Shown here one piece after another: positions 47,447-57,405 of a stretch of DNA of 64,000 bases (position 1 is its first letter; the number at the start of each line of letters is the position of its first letter). The notes below the pieces were generated by a model that was given only the letters and a program-made list of their open reading frames with translations, did not search any database and had not been told where the DNA came from. The DNA is from a virus. Position numbers and translations under genes: made by a program. The DNA lies in IMG/VR virus record IMGVR_UViG_3300037467_003078. One strand, given 5' to 3'.

Positions 47447-50400
47447 TTAGTAGGAAGTTCCTTTCCATGATAAGTTACCTAATCTTTGTTGACGCTTGAA
47501 CTCAGTCATAGCTTTTTCAACAGATGTTTCGACAACTTTTTCGATTCCTTTTTGGTCATAATCTCCACCTTCAACAGTTACATTGACATTGATATTGATT
47601 CCTGCACCGTTGCCCTCAGCAGTTGCTTTAGGTACTGTGTTACCAAGTAAAGTTGCTAATTGCTTAGGTTGTAATGCTATCTCACCTTTTTGCATAATAG
47701 CTTGAATCTCATTCGCTTTAAGTTGTTGACCATTAGCAAAATTCATCATTCCTGCGATACCACCAGTATGATAAATATAATCTTTACCAACATAACCTGT
47801 CTTACCTTTGTAGCTTACTTTCGCCCAACCTTTTTCCATTCCTAGGTAATTTACCTTAGCACCTTTAGGTAATACACTCATTACCTTTCCTCCCGGACTA
47901 CTACGGAAATTAAGTGCTTGCTTAGTAGTCTTAGTAGTTCCTTTGCTACCTGAATTAGAATTACCTTTGCTACCCGAACTACTTCCACCGTTACCCTTAT
48001 GAATAACAGCCCAAGTGTCCTTACCAACTACACCATCTGCTTTAAGTCCGTGTTTCTTTTGGTAAGCCTTAACAGCTCTTTCAGTATCAGAACCAAAGAT
48101 ACCGTCTGCCTTAACTCCTACAGCCCTTTGGATTTCCTTAACAGCCTCACCTCTATCTCCTTTGTTAACAGTCCCATGATTATGACCTGAGCCTGATGAA
48201 CCTTTGCCACCCGAAGATTTAGGAGGTGTATTAACCTTAGAGTTGTCAGTTGTAGGATTCTTAACAGCACTTCCACTATCAGGTGCTCCTGCTCCACCCT
48301 TACCAGTGTTAGGTGTTCCACCAGTTGAACCCGGTGTCCCTGTTGGTGGTTTAGATGTACCTCCCGGAACTCCTCCCGGTGTTGTTCCCGGTGGTGTAAC
48401 TATAGGAGTATTACTTCCAACTCCTCCAATAGGAGAACCTGCCTCATTAGTTTCACCATTTTGTTGCCAGTTCTTAACACCTTCAAAACTCTTACCTTTA
48501 GCTTGGTCATATAAGTATTGGTCAATTTTGAATCCTTGTGGTGCATTAAACAGTTGGTCTTTCATGATAGAGAATATACCATCTGTTGAGGCAACAATTT
48601 GTTCGATTAAAGGTAGGAACGGTGCTAGTGCGTTATTAATTTGGTCTCCGAAGTTGTTATTGTTAAACATATTAGCAATATCATCAGGGTTTCCAGTTGT
48701 AGCCGCAGTAGTTACCGAAGTGATTAAGTCATTAATAACTTTCTGTAGACCAGTGTTATTAAGTAGCGTAGCTGATAGTTGAGAAGCTATAGTTGTTGCT
48801 AATGTCTGCTTGATACCATCTATGAAACCTTGAGTAGAATCCATGTTGCCCATGAATCCACTTGCTAGTGCATTTGACAGGGATTGCTCAAAACCTTGAG
48901 AGATAGAATCAATCATTTTAAGAGCATTTTCTTTCTGTTCATTTTGCACATCACGAAGGTCAGACATTCTATCTATGTACTCTTGAATAGACATAGCACC
49001 TGCTTTAAAAGCACCAATAACAGCTTGACGATACTCATTCATTTGACTAATTAAAGCGTCTTGCAAACCTGCTATAATTTGTAGTGTAGCCAGTTGTTGA
49101 TTTTCGTCCATACCTTTAGCACCTGACGCTCTTTTCAGTTTGTCATTAGTAAGGGTTTGTTTAGCAACATTAAGGTTTCTTCTGTTTTCAGAGTAACTTT
49201 TGCTATTCAGGTATGCTTGTTGATTAATATATGTTTGAGCACCTTGACCAGTCATCTCAAAGTATGCCTTAGCATTTTCAAGTCTCTTTTCATCAAGTTC
49301 ACGAAGTTCTTGATATACTGCAACTACATCTTCAAGAGTAGAGTACCAATTCTGAGTTCCTTGAGCGAATGAATTTAAAACCTTTTGAATTTCTTTCAGT
49401 TTAACAAACGCAACATTGATGTCCTCTTGGTCTGACTTTCTCTTTACTGCATTGTAGTGACCAGTTTCAAGACCTGTTGTATTCCAAAATTCACCCATTA
49501 CTGATAATCGTTTCTTAGTCGTCATGTACTGATTATTCATACCATTAAGTTCTTCAACTGTACGATAGTAATCAGTAGTTCCGTCTTGCATAGTAGCTAA
49601 CTTATTGTACCCACCTTTTATGTAGTAACCTGCATTACTAGCATTATATCTAGGGTCTCCTTGAAGTGCTTTTACTAACTCTTTATCCCACTCGTCTAAT
49701 TTCTTATTGTTTTCTTTTAAAGTAGCAATAAGTTTGTCAATAGAAGATACAGCCTCTTTATTCGCATTATATTCGTCAGTTTTACCTGCCTTCAATGCAC
49801 TATTAGCGTCCTTAACATATTGAGCACGAGTTTTAGAAAGTGCTTTCATTTGCTCTACATTACCGTACTTAGCGTCATAGATTTCTTCTCTAGCTTGATA
49901 GTTTCTATCATAAGCACCTAATCTACCAGTTGTACCTAGTACATCACGGATATTACCATGACCATAACCCAATGTCTTGTCTTTATTGTATGACTCTTTA
50001 ATTGTTGCAACATTGTTTATAGCCATTTCAGCCTCGATTGCCTCTTTAAACATTCCAAAAGCAGTTTTAATCATCTGTGCTACTGTTGGCACATCTGCAC
50101 CTAGAGCACCTGCAACACTGCCTCCTGATGTTAATCTAGCATTAGCACCGTCATATCTTTTGCCTCCAACAAAGTCGCTTCGTAATGCGTCCTTTTTAAG
50201 TGGTGCTCCACTCTTATTAGGACCTCCACTGTTCATACCAATGTATTGACCGTTTCCTGCATAGATACCAGTGTGAGTTACTTTGCCTCCACTACCAAAA
50301 TAGACTACATCACCAACTTGTAGGTCTGCTTTATTTGTAATCCTTTTACCTTGGCTATTTTGCCACATGCTATTAGACGAACCAGTTCCTAATTCTACTC

Positions 50401-53400
50401 CTGCAAATTCTCTATAGAAATGTTGAACAAGTCCTGAGCAGTCAGCTTTAGCTTTTTTGATAAATGAATCCCAATCTCCTTTATCATGACCTCCACCCCA
50501 AGAATATCCTAGACCTCCTTGAGAAGCAGATTTATTAACTAGACTATTAAGTACTGCCATTCCACCTTTTCCAACACCTGATGTACTTGAAGAAGATGAA
50601 CCTCCACCTATACCTAATGAACTCCAAGTTTTAGAACCTACAATACCGTCAGCAGTTAGCCCATGACTCTTTTGATAGCTTTTAACAGCTTTTTCAGTTG
50701 CAGAACCGAAGATACCGTCAGCATTAACCCCTAATGCTTTTTGAAGTTCTTTAACTGACGCTCCTTTAGAACCTTTTCTAATAGTTCCGTAAGATGATGA
50801 TACTGATGTACCTCCACCACCACCTAATGCAGACATAGTTGTTCCACCTAGCAATGACTCTTTAGATGTACCTGACATACTAGAGTAGATACTAGCTACA
50901 CCGTATTTCCAGTTAGGGTCTTCTGCATACTTGCTGTTAATTTTAGGAATAGTATCATATCCTTGGCTGATATATACATCTTTTAGTAACCTAGCTAAGT
51001 CATTAATACCTAATTGTAGAGAACCGTATTTTCTATATGTTAGTCCGTCTCCCGGATTAACCCACTTAGTACCGTTCCACTCAGCATTAGCTTTACCAGT
51101 ACCTTTGATGTTACCAACATTATAAGCACCATTGATTACTCCTGATTTACCACCAGTTTCTTGAACTGCGATAGACGCTAAGAACATTGGGTCAATACCA
51201 TATTTAGCACCTGCTTGAACGAACATATTTCCAGTTCCTTGAAGTTTAGTTCTTCCAGTTTTGCTAAAATAAGAATTTATTTTTTCAGTGTAATCTGCAA
51301 CTGCCTTATTATTACCAACCGAAATAGTTCCTCTATTAACTTCTTTTTTGATTTCAGCAGGAGTCATACTAGCTTGCATTTGTTTCTTCATAGAGTTAAA
51401 CTCTCTAGTTCCTTTTTTATACCCGAATTGCTGAGTAATATAAGCGTCTAGTTTTTCAGCGTCAGTAGCATTTTTAGTATTGATACCACCAGTGAATCCC
51501 GGAATTACTGAACCACCAGTTCCAGTTGTTCCTGCTAAATCAGATTGGAAATTTTGAGACTGTTGAGTTAGAAGTCCACTAGTTATATTGTTTGCCCAAT
51601 ATGTTAGTACTTGGTCTAGTTTACCTGCACCATCACTAATAAGGTTTCCTGCTTTAGTGAAATCATTTTGTATTAAGTCTTTAAGTGGTTGAATGAACGC
51701 ATTGTCAAATTCTCCACCCATAGACTTATTGATTTCATCATATGCCTCAACAAGTTTCTGTTCGTCTCCTGCATAAGTTTTAAGAGAAGTCATGATTTTC
51801 TCGTATCCATCTAATCCTCTATCACGGATACCTTCTAATCTACTATTTCTATCTTGAATATAAGAGCCTCCTGTAACAGCACTTCTTATATTAGAGAAAT
51901 TGTTAACTAATGATAGGTCAGTTTTAATGCTAGCAATCTCGTTGTTTAGGTCTTTTACTAGTTGAATACGGTTTTGAACTCTTTCCCACACATCAGCATA
52001 CTTATCAGAATTAAGCACCATTTCTTTAACTTGGTCTGCTTGTTCCTTCATAGCAACTGTTGTAGAGTTAATATTGTCATGAATACTATATTGTTGTTCT
52101 AGTAGTTGCTTGTAAGCATTTTGCTCTGCTGATAGTCCGTTCTCTCCCGGATTATATAGTGTGTCGATTGAGAAATCTTGACCTCCATTTTGAGCCTTAA
52201 TTCTACTCATTTGAGCGTAGACAGAATTTAATTGTGCTCTGTATGCAGATAACTCAGTAGATTGAGATTTTAGTAGGTCTCCACTTCTCTTGATTTTTTC
52301 TTCGTCTGTATTCGATAAATCAAGTAGAGTTTTGGCTTTACCAGTACCAAACTGTATAGCACTAATCTTAGCATTGAATACATCAATCTGAGATTGAGAC
52401 ACTAGTAATTGAGCAGTTAACTGTTTCAATGCTTGTTGTCTCTCAAGTATAGCCATATTAGTTTGTAGAATTTGAGCCTCTGTTTCTTTGTCTGCGTCTA
52501 CAAATCCTGCATTAGATTGTTTGTATGACAGATATTCACTAACTGCATATCTCTTAGCAAGTTCTTTTTCTATATCTTTCTTACTCATACCTGCTTTTTT
52601 AAGTTTGTCTCTAGTTTTATCTGTTACTTCATACTGGTTAGTGATAGTGTCTGCGTTTCCTGAATCATAGGCAAGTTTATAAGTTTGGTCTAAGTCGTCC
52701 ATTTCTGCCTTAGACATTAAACCTCCTTTTATAATCTTGTTTCTTTGACCAGTAATTTTAGTGTCATAAATTCCTGCTTGCTCTTTAAAGTGGTTACCTT
52801 TGTCAGTTAACTCAGTAATAGTTCCACTTAAATCAGACATAGCACCATTGATAAGGTTAATCTTAGCAATGCTAGCACTTGACGAGTTTTCAGCACCCAT
52901 AAAGTTAAAGTCAATTTTAGACATATCGTAACCTAGTCTGTTCATAGTTCTATTGAACTTCTCAGTTAAGTCATTAATTATACCTAATTCTGTTTGATAT
53001 TTAATTGCCTCGTTGTTAGCGATTTTCCACTTCTCTGCTATTTGAGCGTCTTTATCTAAGCCCTTAGCACCTAAAGTGTCAATCATATCCTTCCAACCGC
53101 CTTTGTCATCGGCATTAAAATGTTGTTTATATATCTTGCCATCTTTTCCTTCGGCATTGTACGCTATAGTACTAGTGTTGTTACCGTTTAATCCTGCGAC
53201 AGTTGAGTAAGTAATTCCCATTTCAGAGAATTGTTTTTGAAGTTTTTCAATCTCCTTGGGCATTTTATTTTTCTTAGGTGGTTCGCTCGAAGGCATTGGG
53301 TTTCCGTGGAATGAGCCATTTCTAGAAACTATTACAGTTTTGTTTTTGTCATTCCAGTCTTTCCAAGTATTTAAGTCCTTAGCTAATTTCTCTTTGTCTT

Positions 53401-56400
53401 CTTCTCCACCACCATATACCTTGTTGAAGTTTTTGAACTCGCCTTTCCTTACATTAGCCTCATGCTTTTGATTCATGTCCCATAGTTTCTTACCTACCCA
53501 AACAGCAGTTCCTATGACAGCACCTATAGCACTTAATCTAAGCAAGATTCCTGCAAACCTACCTAGTATTGGAAGTAATCCTTTTAAAGAAGTTCCTAGT
53601 TTAGAGAATAAGTTTGTTGCTACATTGCCTCCAACTTCACCTGCTTTAGCAACATTAGCACCTCTTTTGAAAGGATTGCCTCCCATAAGTACCCAACCTA
53701 CTGCCTGACCGATAACATTTCCTACGCCTGAACCTTTTCCAGTATGAGGAACTTCTACATTAACTTTCCTTTGAGTTCTTCCGTTGAAAGAGGCACGAGT
53801 AATCATTTCTCCTTGAGTAAGAGCACCTATTAATGAACTACCACCTTGAAGCAATCCAGTTCCAAGTTGAAACTTTTTCATCGTAGCAGTTACTAATTTA
53901 AATGCACCTGCTAATGCTAAAATTTGTGTCACATATTTAGGAATATTGAATCCAAATATTTTCTCACTAGCGTCACCTAGTCTAACAATTATATCTAGGA
54001 AACCATTTACTGTTTGAACAGCAACTTTGAATCCACCAAGCAATGCTTTAAGACCATCTAAAGCACCTAGTTCAGCTAATAGTTCAACCGTCTCAGTCAA
54101 TTCTTGCTTTAATTGACCGAACTGAACTTTAGCAGTTTTTAGATAAGTATCAAGTGCATTGTCAGCTAATCCAGTGCTAGTCATATTCTTTTTGAATGTT
54201 TCAGCATATTCAGAACCACTAGCGTCTAAGAACTTTTGAATCTTAGGTGCTTGCGATATACCTTTACCATTAACAGATGACAAGTCTCTAGATACAGATT
54301 CTTTTTGTGTATCACTCAAACCTTTGTAATTCTTAACAACTAAGTCTAATAATTCTTCTTGAGAATAGTTTTGAGTTGTATCAATGCCTAGTGTTTTCAG
54401 ACCTGATTGGATAGACTCACTATCTTTATATCTAGCTAATCCACCGAAGAATGTTTTAGCAACTGTTGTCATATTAGAGCCACTTGAATCACTATCAGAT
54501 AAATTGTAAGCACCTAGCATACCTGCTACTCTCCTAGGGTCTATACCTTTCTTAATAGCGTCAGGAGCAACTTCACTCATAGCGTCCATAATGTTGTTAG
54601 TGTTGACACCACTACCATTCATTAGAGTCATGAAGTCTACGAATCTATCCATGTCGTATACATGTTGTTGACCTTTTCCTTTGTATAGCCCTTGATATAG
54701 AGATAACATATCTTGAGATATACGATTAACATCATCTGCACCTGCATTAGGTCCTAATGTAATTGCACTATATTTTAAGATTTGGTCTGTAATCTTATTT
54801 GCCAACACAGGGCTAGGCTTATCTCCATTACCTTTAATCAGCTCACTTCTAGCCATAACTTGTTGATAAACTGGCATTACAGTGTCAGTAGCAGACATTC
54901 CGTATTTTTGAGAAAGATTTGATACATCTCTGCGAGTATTATGCTTTATGTTATTTTTACTATATCCGAAACCTGAGTATGCTTGGTTTAGACCACCATC
55001 TCTTAGGTCTGTAGTTAGCAATTGAATACGAGACATTTGAGCCTCAAAATCAATCATACTTTGAACAGCTATTTGAATACCTTGACCCATAGCCATGAAA
55101 GCAGTCGTAATACCTGCATATTGCATAGTGTTTCTAAGAGTACTCATAAACTTGTTAGAACGGTCAACAGCGTCTCCGAATCTAGTGAACTCATACTGTG
55201 CGGTTCTAGTTCTAGAGATGGTTCCATCAGCATTACGATTAAATACTTCAAATGAACGAGTTAGGTTTTGATTCATTTCCCTAGCTAATCCACCTGCATT
55301 TTGCTTTAATCTTTCAAGAGCCTCTAACTTGTCATTCTTACTAGCGTCAGGATTTCTTAAAACCATTTCATCATCAAGAATGGTTTTTTGTCTGTTGCCA
55401 CCGTATCTATGTACAGCACCATTCCACTCAGCGTCTCTCCTAGCTTGTTGTTGTTGTCTAGCACGGTCTTGGTCATACTTTCTATTTAGAGCGTCAGCTT
55501 GCTTATGTGCTCTTTCTATTTCCTTTTGTGCTTGTTGTTCAGCTAGTCTCTGAGCCTTTATTTGTGATTGAATCTGTGCTTGAACATTAGAGTTGGTATT
55601 CATTACAACTCTGCCTCTAGTTGCGTTCATAGGGTCAACTAATGGCTTACGATTGTAATAGTTGTTAGGTAATTGGTTTAAGATTGCATTGTCAATCTTA
55701 TCTCTTTCTCTTTGGAACTTTTCTACCTTTTTTCTATATGTGTCTAGTTGACCTGATAATGCTTTTTGGTCATTAGTAGATAGTGTTCTCCAATTAGAAC
55801 CGTTAGCCTTTGACTCTAGTTGAGTTAGAGTATCTTGTGCCTTAGTCAATCTTCTAGTTGATTGGTCTCTCATTTTGAAAAGGTTTGTATTTTCTCTGTC
55901 TAACTTAGCTTGCTTTTCCTTTTCTTTTGTGATAGCCTGTTCAACTTGTAATTCAGTTTTTTGTGCTTGAGCATTTTGCCTTCTAGCACTTGCCATATCC
56001 TTCTCTGCCTGAGCCTGAGCCTTAGCATTAAGTAAGTCTTTGTCTGCTGTACTTCTAGAGCCAACTGACGCAGTTCTATCGTTAACATGGTCACGGAAAC
56101 TGCCTACTACCTCACCGTTTCTAGTTGTTCTAGTTCTACTAGTGTTTACAACTTCTTGTCTTAAAGATTCTATTTGACCTTTAACAACTCTTAAATCGTT
56201 TTGGTCTATTTTTAATCCCACAGTCATAGTTGCTTTGATGTCGCCAACTTGTTTCTGTACTTTTTCTTTTTCGCCCTTGTCAACTTTAAGAGAGGTCTTA
56301 ATATTTACATTTTCTTTGCTATTATTAATATTGTTAAGATGGTGCTTAACATTGTCTACTTGTTGCTTTAAAGCCTCAGCACTTTTATTATCAAGTTCCA

Positions 56401-56653
56401 TTTTGATTTTAATCTTAGGTGCTTGACTTCTGTTGAAGTTGGTAATTACTGCCTTTACTTCTGATTGTAAGTTATTTAAACTAGCACCTTTATCAATACT
56501 GATAGGTAGTTTGATACCACCTTTACCAGTTTTATTGAAATGGTTGCGTATGGAAGTATCTACATCTTTTACATCTTCTAATAATTTTTTTAGAGAGCCT
56601 GTATTTAACTTTAACTCGGTATTAATAATATACTTAAAGTCTTTTCCTGCCAT
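47447..56653 (-). CDS. Tape measure protein (~3068 aa) with glucosaminidase-like, NlpC/P60, 2x PG_binding_1 and SH3b domains
   Basis: Start moved to ATG 56653 (RBS AAGGAGGT). Long helical body; AGAKYGIDPMFLASIAVQETG; ADCSGLV...HTGIYAG; GSKGASVKELQKAL..ADGIFG; LNFRSSPG...GWAKVSY. Confidence 0.93.
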   Translation of the reverse strand: MAGKDFKYIINTELKLNTGSLKKLLEDVKDVDTSIRNHFNKTGKGGIKLPISIDKGASLNNLQSEVKAVITNFNRSQAPKIKIKMELDNKSAEALKQQVDNVKHHLNNINNSKENVNIKTSLKVDKGEKEKVQKQVGDIKATMTVGLKIDQNDLRVVKGQIESLRQEVVNTSRTRTTRNGEVVGSFRDHVNDRTASVGSRSTADKDLLNAKAQAQAEKDMASARRQNAQAQKTELQVEQAITKEKEKQAKLDRENTNLFKMRDQSTRRLTKAQDTLTQLESKANGSNWRTLSTNDQKALSGQLDTYRKKVEKFQRERDKIDNAILNQLPNNYYNRKPLVDPMNATRGRVVMNTNSNVQAQIQSQIKAQRLAEQQAQKEIERAHKQADALNRKYDQDRARQQQQARRDAEWNGAVHRYGGNRQKTILDDEMVLRNPDASKNDKLEALERLKQNAGGLAREMNQNLTRSFEVFNRNADGTISRTRTAQYEFTRFGDAVDRSNKFMSTLRNTMQYAGITTAFMAMGQGIQIAVQSMIDFEAQMSRIQLLTTDLRDGGLNQAYSGFGYSKNNIKHNTRRDVSNLSQKYGMSATDTVMPVYQQVMARSELIKGNGDKPSPVLANKITDQILKYSAITLGPNAGADDVNRISQDMLSLYQGLYKGKGQQHVYDMDRFVDFMTLMNGSGVNTNNIMDAMSEVAPDAIKKGIDPRRVAGMLGAYNLSDSDSSGSNMTTVAKTFFGGLARYKDSESIQSGLKTLGIDTTQNYSQEELLDLVVKNYKGLSDTQKESVSRDLSSVNGKGISQAPKIQKFLDASGSEYAETFKKNMTSTGLADNALDTYLKTAKVQFGQLKQELTETVELLAELGALDGLKALLGGFKVAVQTVNGFLDIIVRLGDASEKIFGFNIPKYVTQILALAGAFKLVTATMKKFQLGTGLLQGGSSLIGALTQGEMITRASFNGRTQRKVNVEVPHTGKGSGVGNVIGQAVGWVLMGGNPFKRGANVAKAGEVGGNVATNLFSKLGTSLKGLLPILGRFAGILLRLSAIGAVIGTAVWVGKKLWDMNQKHEANVRKGEFKNFNKVYGGGEEDKEKLAKDLNTWKDWNDKNKTVIVSRNGSFHGNPMPSSEPPKKNKMPKEIEKLQKQFSEMGITYSTVAGLNGNNTSTIAYNAEGKDGKIYKQHFNADDKGGWKDMIDTLGAKGLDKDAQIAEKWKIANNEAIKYQTELGIINDLTEKFNRTMNRLGYDMSKIDFNFMGAENSSSASIAKINLINGAMSDLSGTITELTDKGNHFKEQAGIYDTKITGQRNKIIKGGLMSKAEMDDLDQTYKLAYDSGNADTITNQYEVTDKTRDKLKKAGMSKKDIEKELAKRYAVSEYLSYKQSNAGFVDADKETEAQILQTNMAILERQQALKQLTAQLLVSQSQIDVFNAKISAIQFGTGKAKTLLDLSNTDEEKIKRSGDLLKSQSTELSAYRAQLNSVYAQMSRIKAQNGGQDFSIDTLYNPGENGLSAEQNAYKQLLEQQYSIHDNINSTTVAMKEQADQVKEMVLNSDKYADVWERVQNRIQLVKDLNNEIASIKTDLSLVNNFSNIRSAVTGGSYIQDRNSRLEGIRDRGLDGYEKIMTSLKTYAGDEQKLVEAYDEINKSMGGEFDNAFIQPLKDLIQNDFTKAGNLISDGAGKLDQVLTYWANNITSGLLTQQSQNFQSDLAGTTGTGGSVIPGFTGGINTKNATDAEKLDAYITQQFGYKKGTREFNSMKKQMQASMTPAEIKKEVNRGTISVGNNKAVADYTEKINSYFSKTGRTKLQGTGNMFVQAGAKYGIDPMFLASIAVQETGGKSGVINGAYNVGNIKGTGKANAEWNGTKWVNPGDGLTYRKYGSLQLGINDLARLLKDVYISQGYDTIPKINSKYAEDPNWKYGVASIYSSMSGTSKESLLGGTTMSALGGGGGTSVSSSYGTIRKGSKGASVKELQKALGVNADGIFGSATEKAVKSYQKSHGLTADGIVGSKTWSSLGIGGGSSSSSTSGVGKGGMAVLNSLVNKSASQGGLGYSWGGGHDKGDWDSFIKKAKADCSGLVQHFYREFAGVELGTGSSNSMWQNSQGKRITNKADLQVGDVVYFGSGGKVTHTGIYAGNGQYIGMNSGGPNKSGAPLKKDALRSDFVGGKRYDGANARLTSGGSVAGALGADVPTVAQMIKTAFGMFKEAIEAEMAINNVATIKESYNKDKTLGYGHGNIRDVLGTTGRLGAYDRNYQAREEIYDAKYGNVEQMKALSKTRAQYVKDANSALKAGKTDEYNANKEAVSSIDKLIATLKENNKKLDEWDKELVKALQGDPRYNASNAGYYIKGGYNKLATMQDGTTDYYRTVEELNGMNNQYMTTKKRLSVMGEFWNTTGLETGHYNAVKRKSDQEDINVAFVKLKEIQKVLNSFAQGTQNWYSTLEDVVAVYQELRELDEKRLENAKAYFEMTGQGAQTYINQQAYLNSKSYSENRRNLNVAKQTLTNDKLKRASGAKGMDENQQLATLQIIAGLQDALISQMNEYRQAVIGAFKAGAMSIQEYIDRMSDLRDVQNEQKENALKMIDSISQGFEQSLSNALASGFMGNMDSTQGFIDGIKQTLATTIASQLSATLLNNTGLQKVINDLITSVTTAATTGNPDDIANMFNNNNFGDQINNALAPFLPLIEQIVASTDGIFSIMKDQLFNAPQGFKIDQYLYDQAKGKSFEGVKNWQQNGETNEAGSPIGGVGSNTPIVTPPGTTPGGVPGGTSKPPTGTPGSTGGTPNTGKGGAGAPDSGSAVKNPTTDNSKVNTPPKSSGGKGSSGSGHNHGTVNKGDRGEAVKEIQRAVGVKADGIFGSDTERAVKAYQKKHGLKADGVVGKDTWAVIHKGNGGSSSGSKGNSNSGSKGTTKTTKQALNFRSSPGGKVMSVLPKGAKVNYLGMEKGWAKVSYKGKTGYVGKDYIYHTGGIAGMMNFANGQQLKANEIQAIMQKGEIALQPKQLATLLGNTVPKATAEGNGAGININVNVTVEGGDYDQKGIEKVVETSVEKAMTEFKRQQRLGNLSWKGTSY

Positions 56654-56690
56654 CTCTTTAACCTCCTTCTTAAAATTTGTACGTTTATAT

Positions 56691-56737
56691 AAAAAATAGG
56701 GAAGGGTATAGTTCACCTGAAAACCTAACCCTACCCT
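56691..56737 (-). terminator. Terminator-like hairpin between the chaperone and the TMP
   Basis: GGGUAGGGU...ACCCUUCCC followed by UAUUUUUU. Confidence 0.55.
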
Positions 56738-56745
56738 TTACCTTC

Positions 56746-57186
56746 TTAATCGTAATCCACACCATTAAACTCATACGAATCACCGTCTCCATCACTTGCA
56801 ACAAGGTCTTCGTAGTATTCTTCGTCTGCGTTATCGAATATGATTACTTCATCGTATTCTAGAGCACCTCTTGATACTGTATTAGAGGTATCTCCTTTCT
56901 TAGCCCTTTTCTCCATCTCTCTAGTCTTATCTTCTACCCACTTATCTAGTAGGTCATCGTTGTTTATGACTTTCATAGGTGGTCTCTCAGGGTGTTCGTA
57001 AATATTATCATAAAATGAGAACCAGTATGCAAGAGCAACTTGTGATGGATTCCAGTCGGCTACTATACCACCAAATAGAGGTGAACCAGTATCTTTACTA
57101 GCTTTCCATCTTGCTCTCCATTCTGCTCCAACTTCTCCCTGCCCCCTAGCTACTTCTCTCAGAACCCTATTCCGAATGGAAGGCAA
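56746..57186 (-). CDS. Tail assembly chaperone, T-like (C-terminal) segment; probably not initiated independently
   Basis: Lies between the G-like gene and the TMP; the only possible start is a TTG four codons after a TAG, preceded by CTCCTC rather than an SD. Confidence 0.7.
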   Translation of the reverse strand: MPSIRNRVLREVARGQGEVGAEWRARWKASKDTGSPLFGGIVADWNPSQVALAYWFSFYDNIYEHPERPPMKVINNDDLLDKWVEDKTREMEKRAKKGDTSNTVSRGALEYDEVIIFDNADEEYYEDLVASDGDGDSYEFNGVDYD

Positions 57187-57405
57187 ACGAGGAGAAATCT
57201 ATTGTCTTTCATAAGCAATATTTCTACCTACCGTTATTTGTGAACTAAAGCACCTTGTCTTGGGGGCAAGGTTAGTATAGCTACTACAAGGTCAGGCTTA
57301 TTTGTTAAAGTGTTGCCTAACACATTAGGATACCTTTGCTTGGTTCGCTATGCTACTTATTATCATATCTCTATGTATCACAGTACGATAGTAGTTATTT
57401 ACTTA
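57187..57405 (-). other. Structured non-coding intervening sequence between the chaperone segments
   Basis: Six in-frame stops; multiple hairpins (GUGUU-AGGC-AACAC, ACCUUG-N9-CAAGGU, UAGUA-GCUA-UACUA); the 3' end pairs with 57435-57447. Confidence 0.6.
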
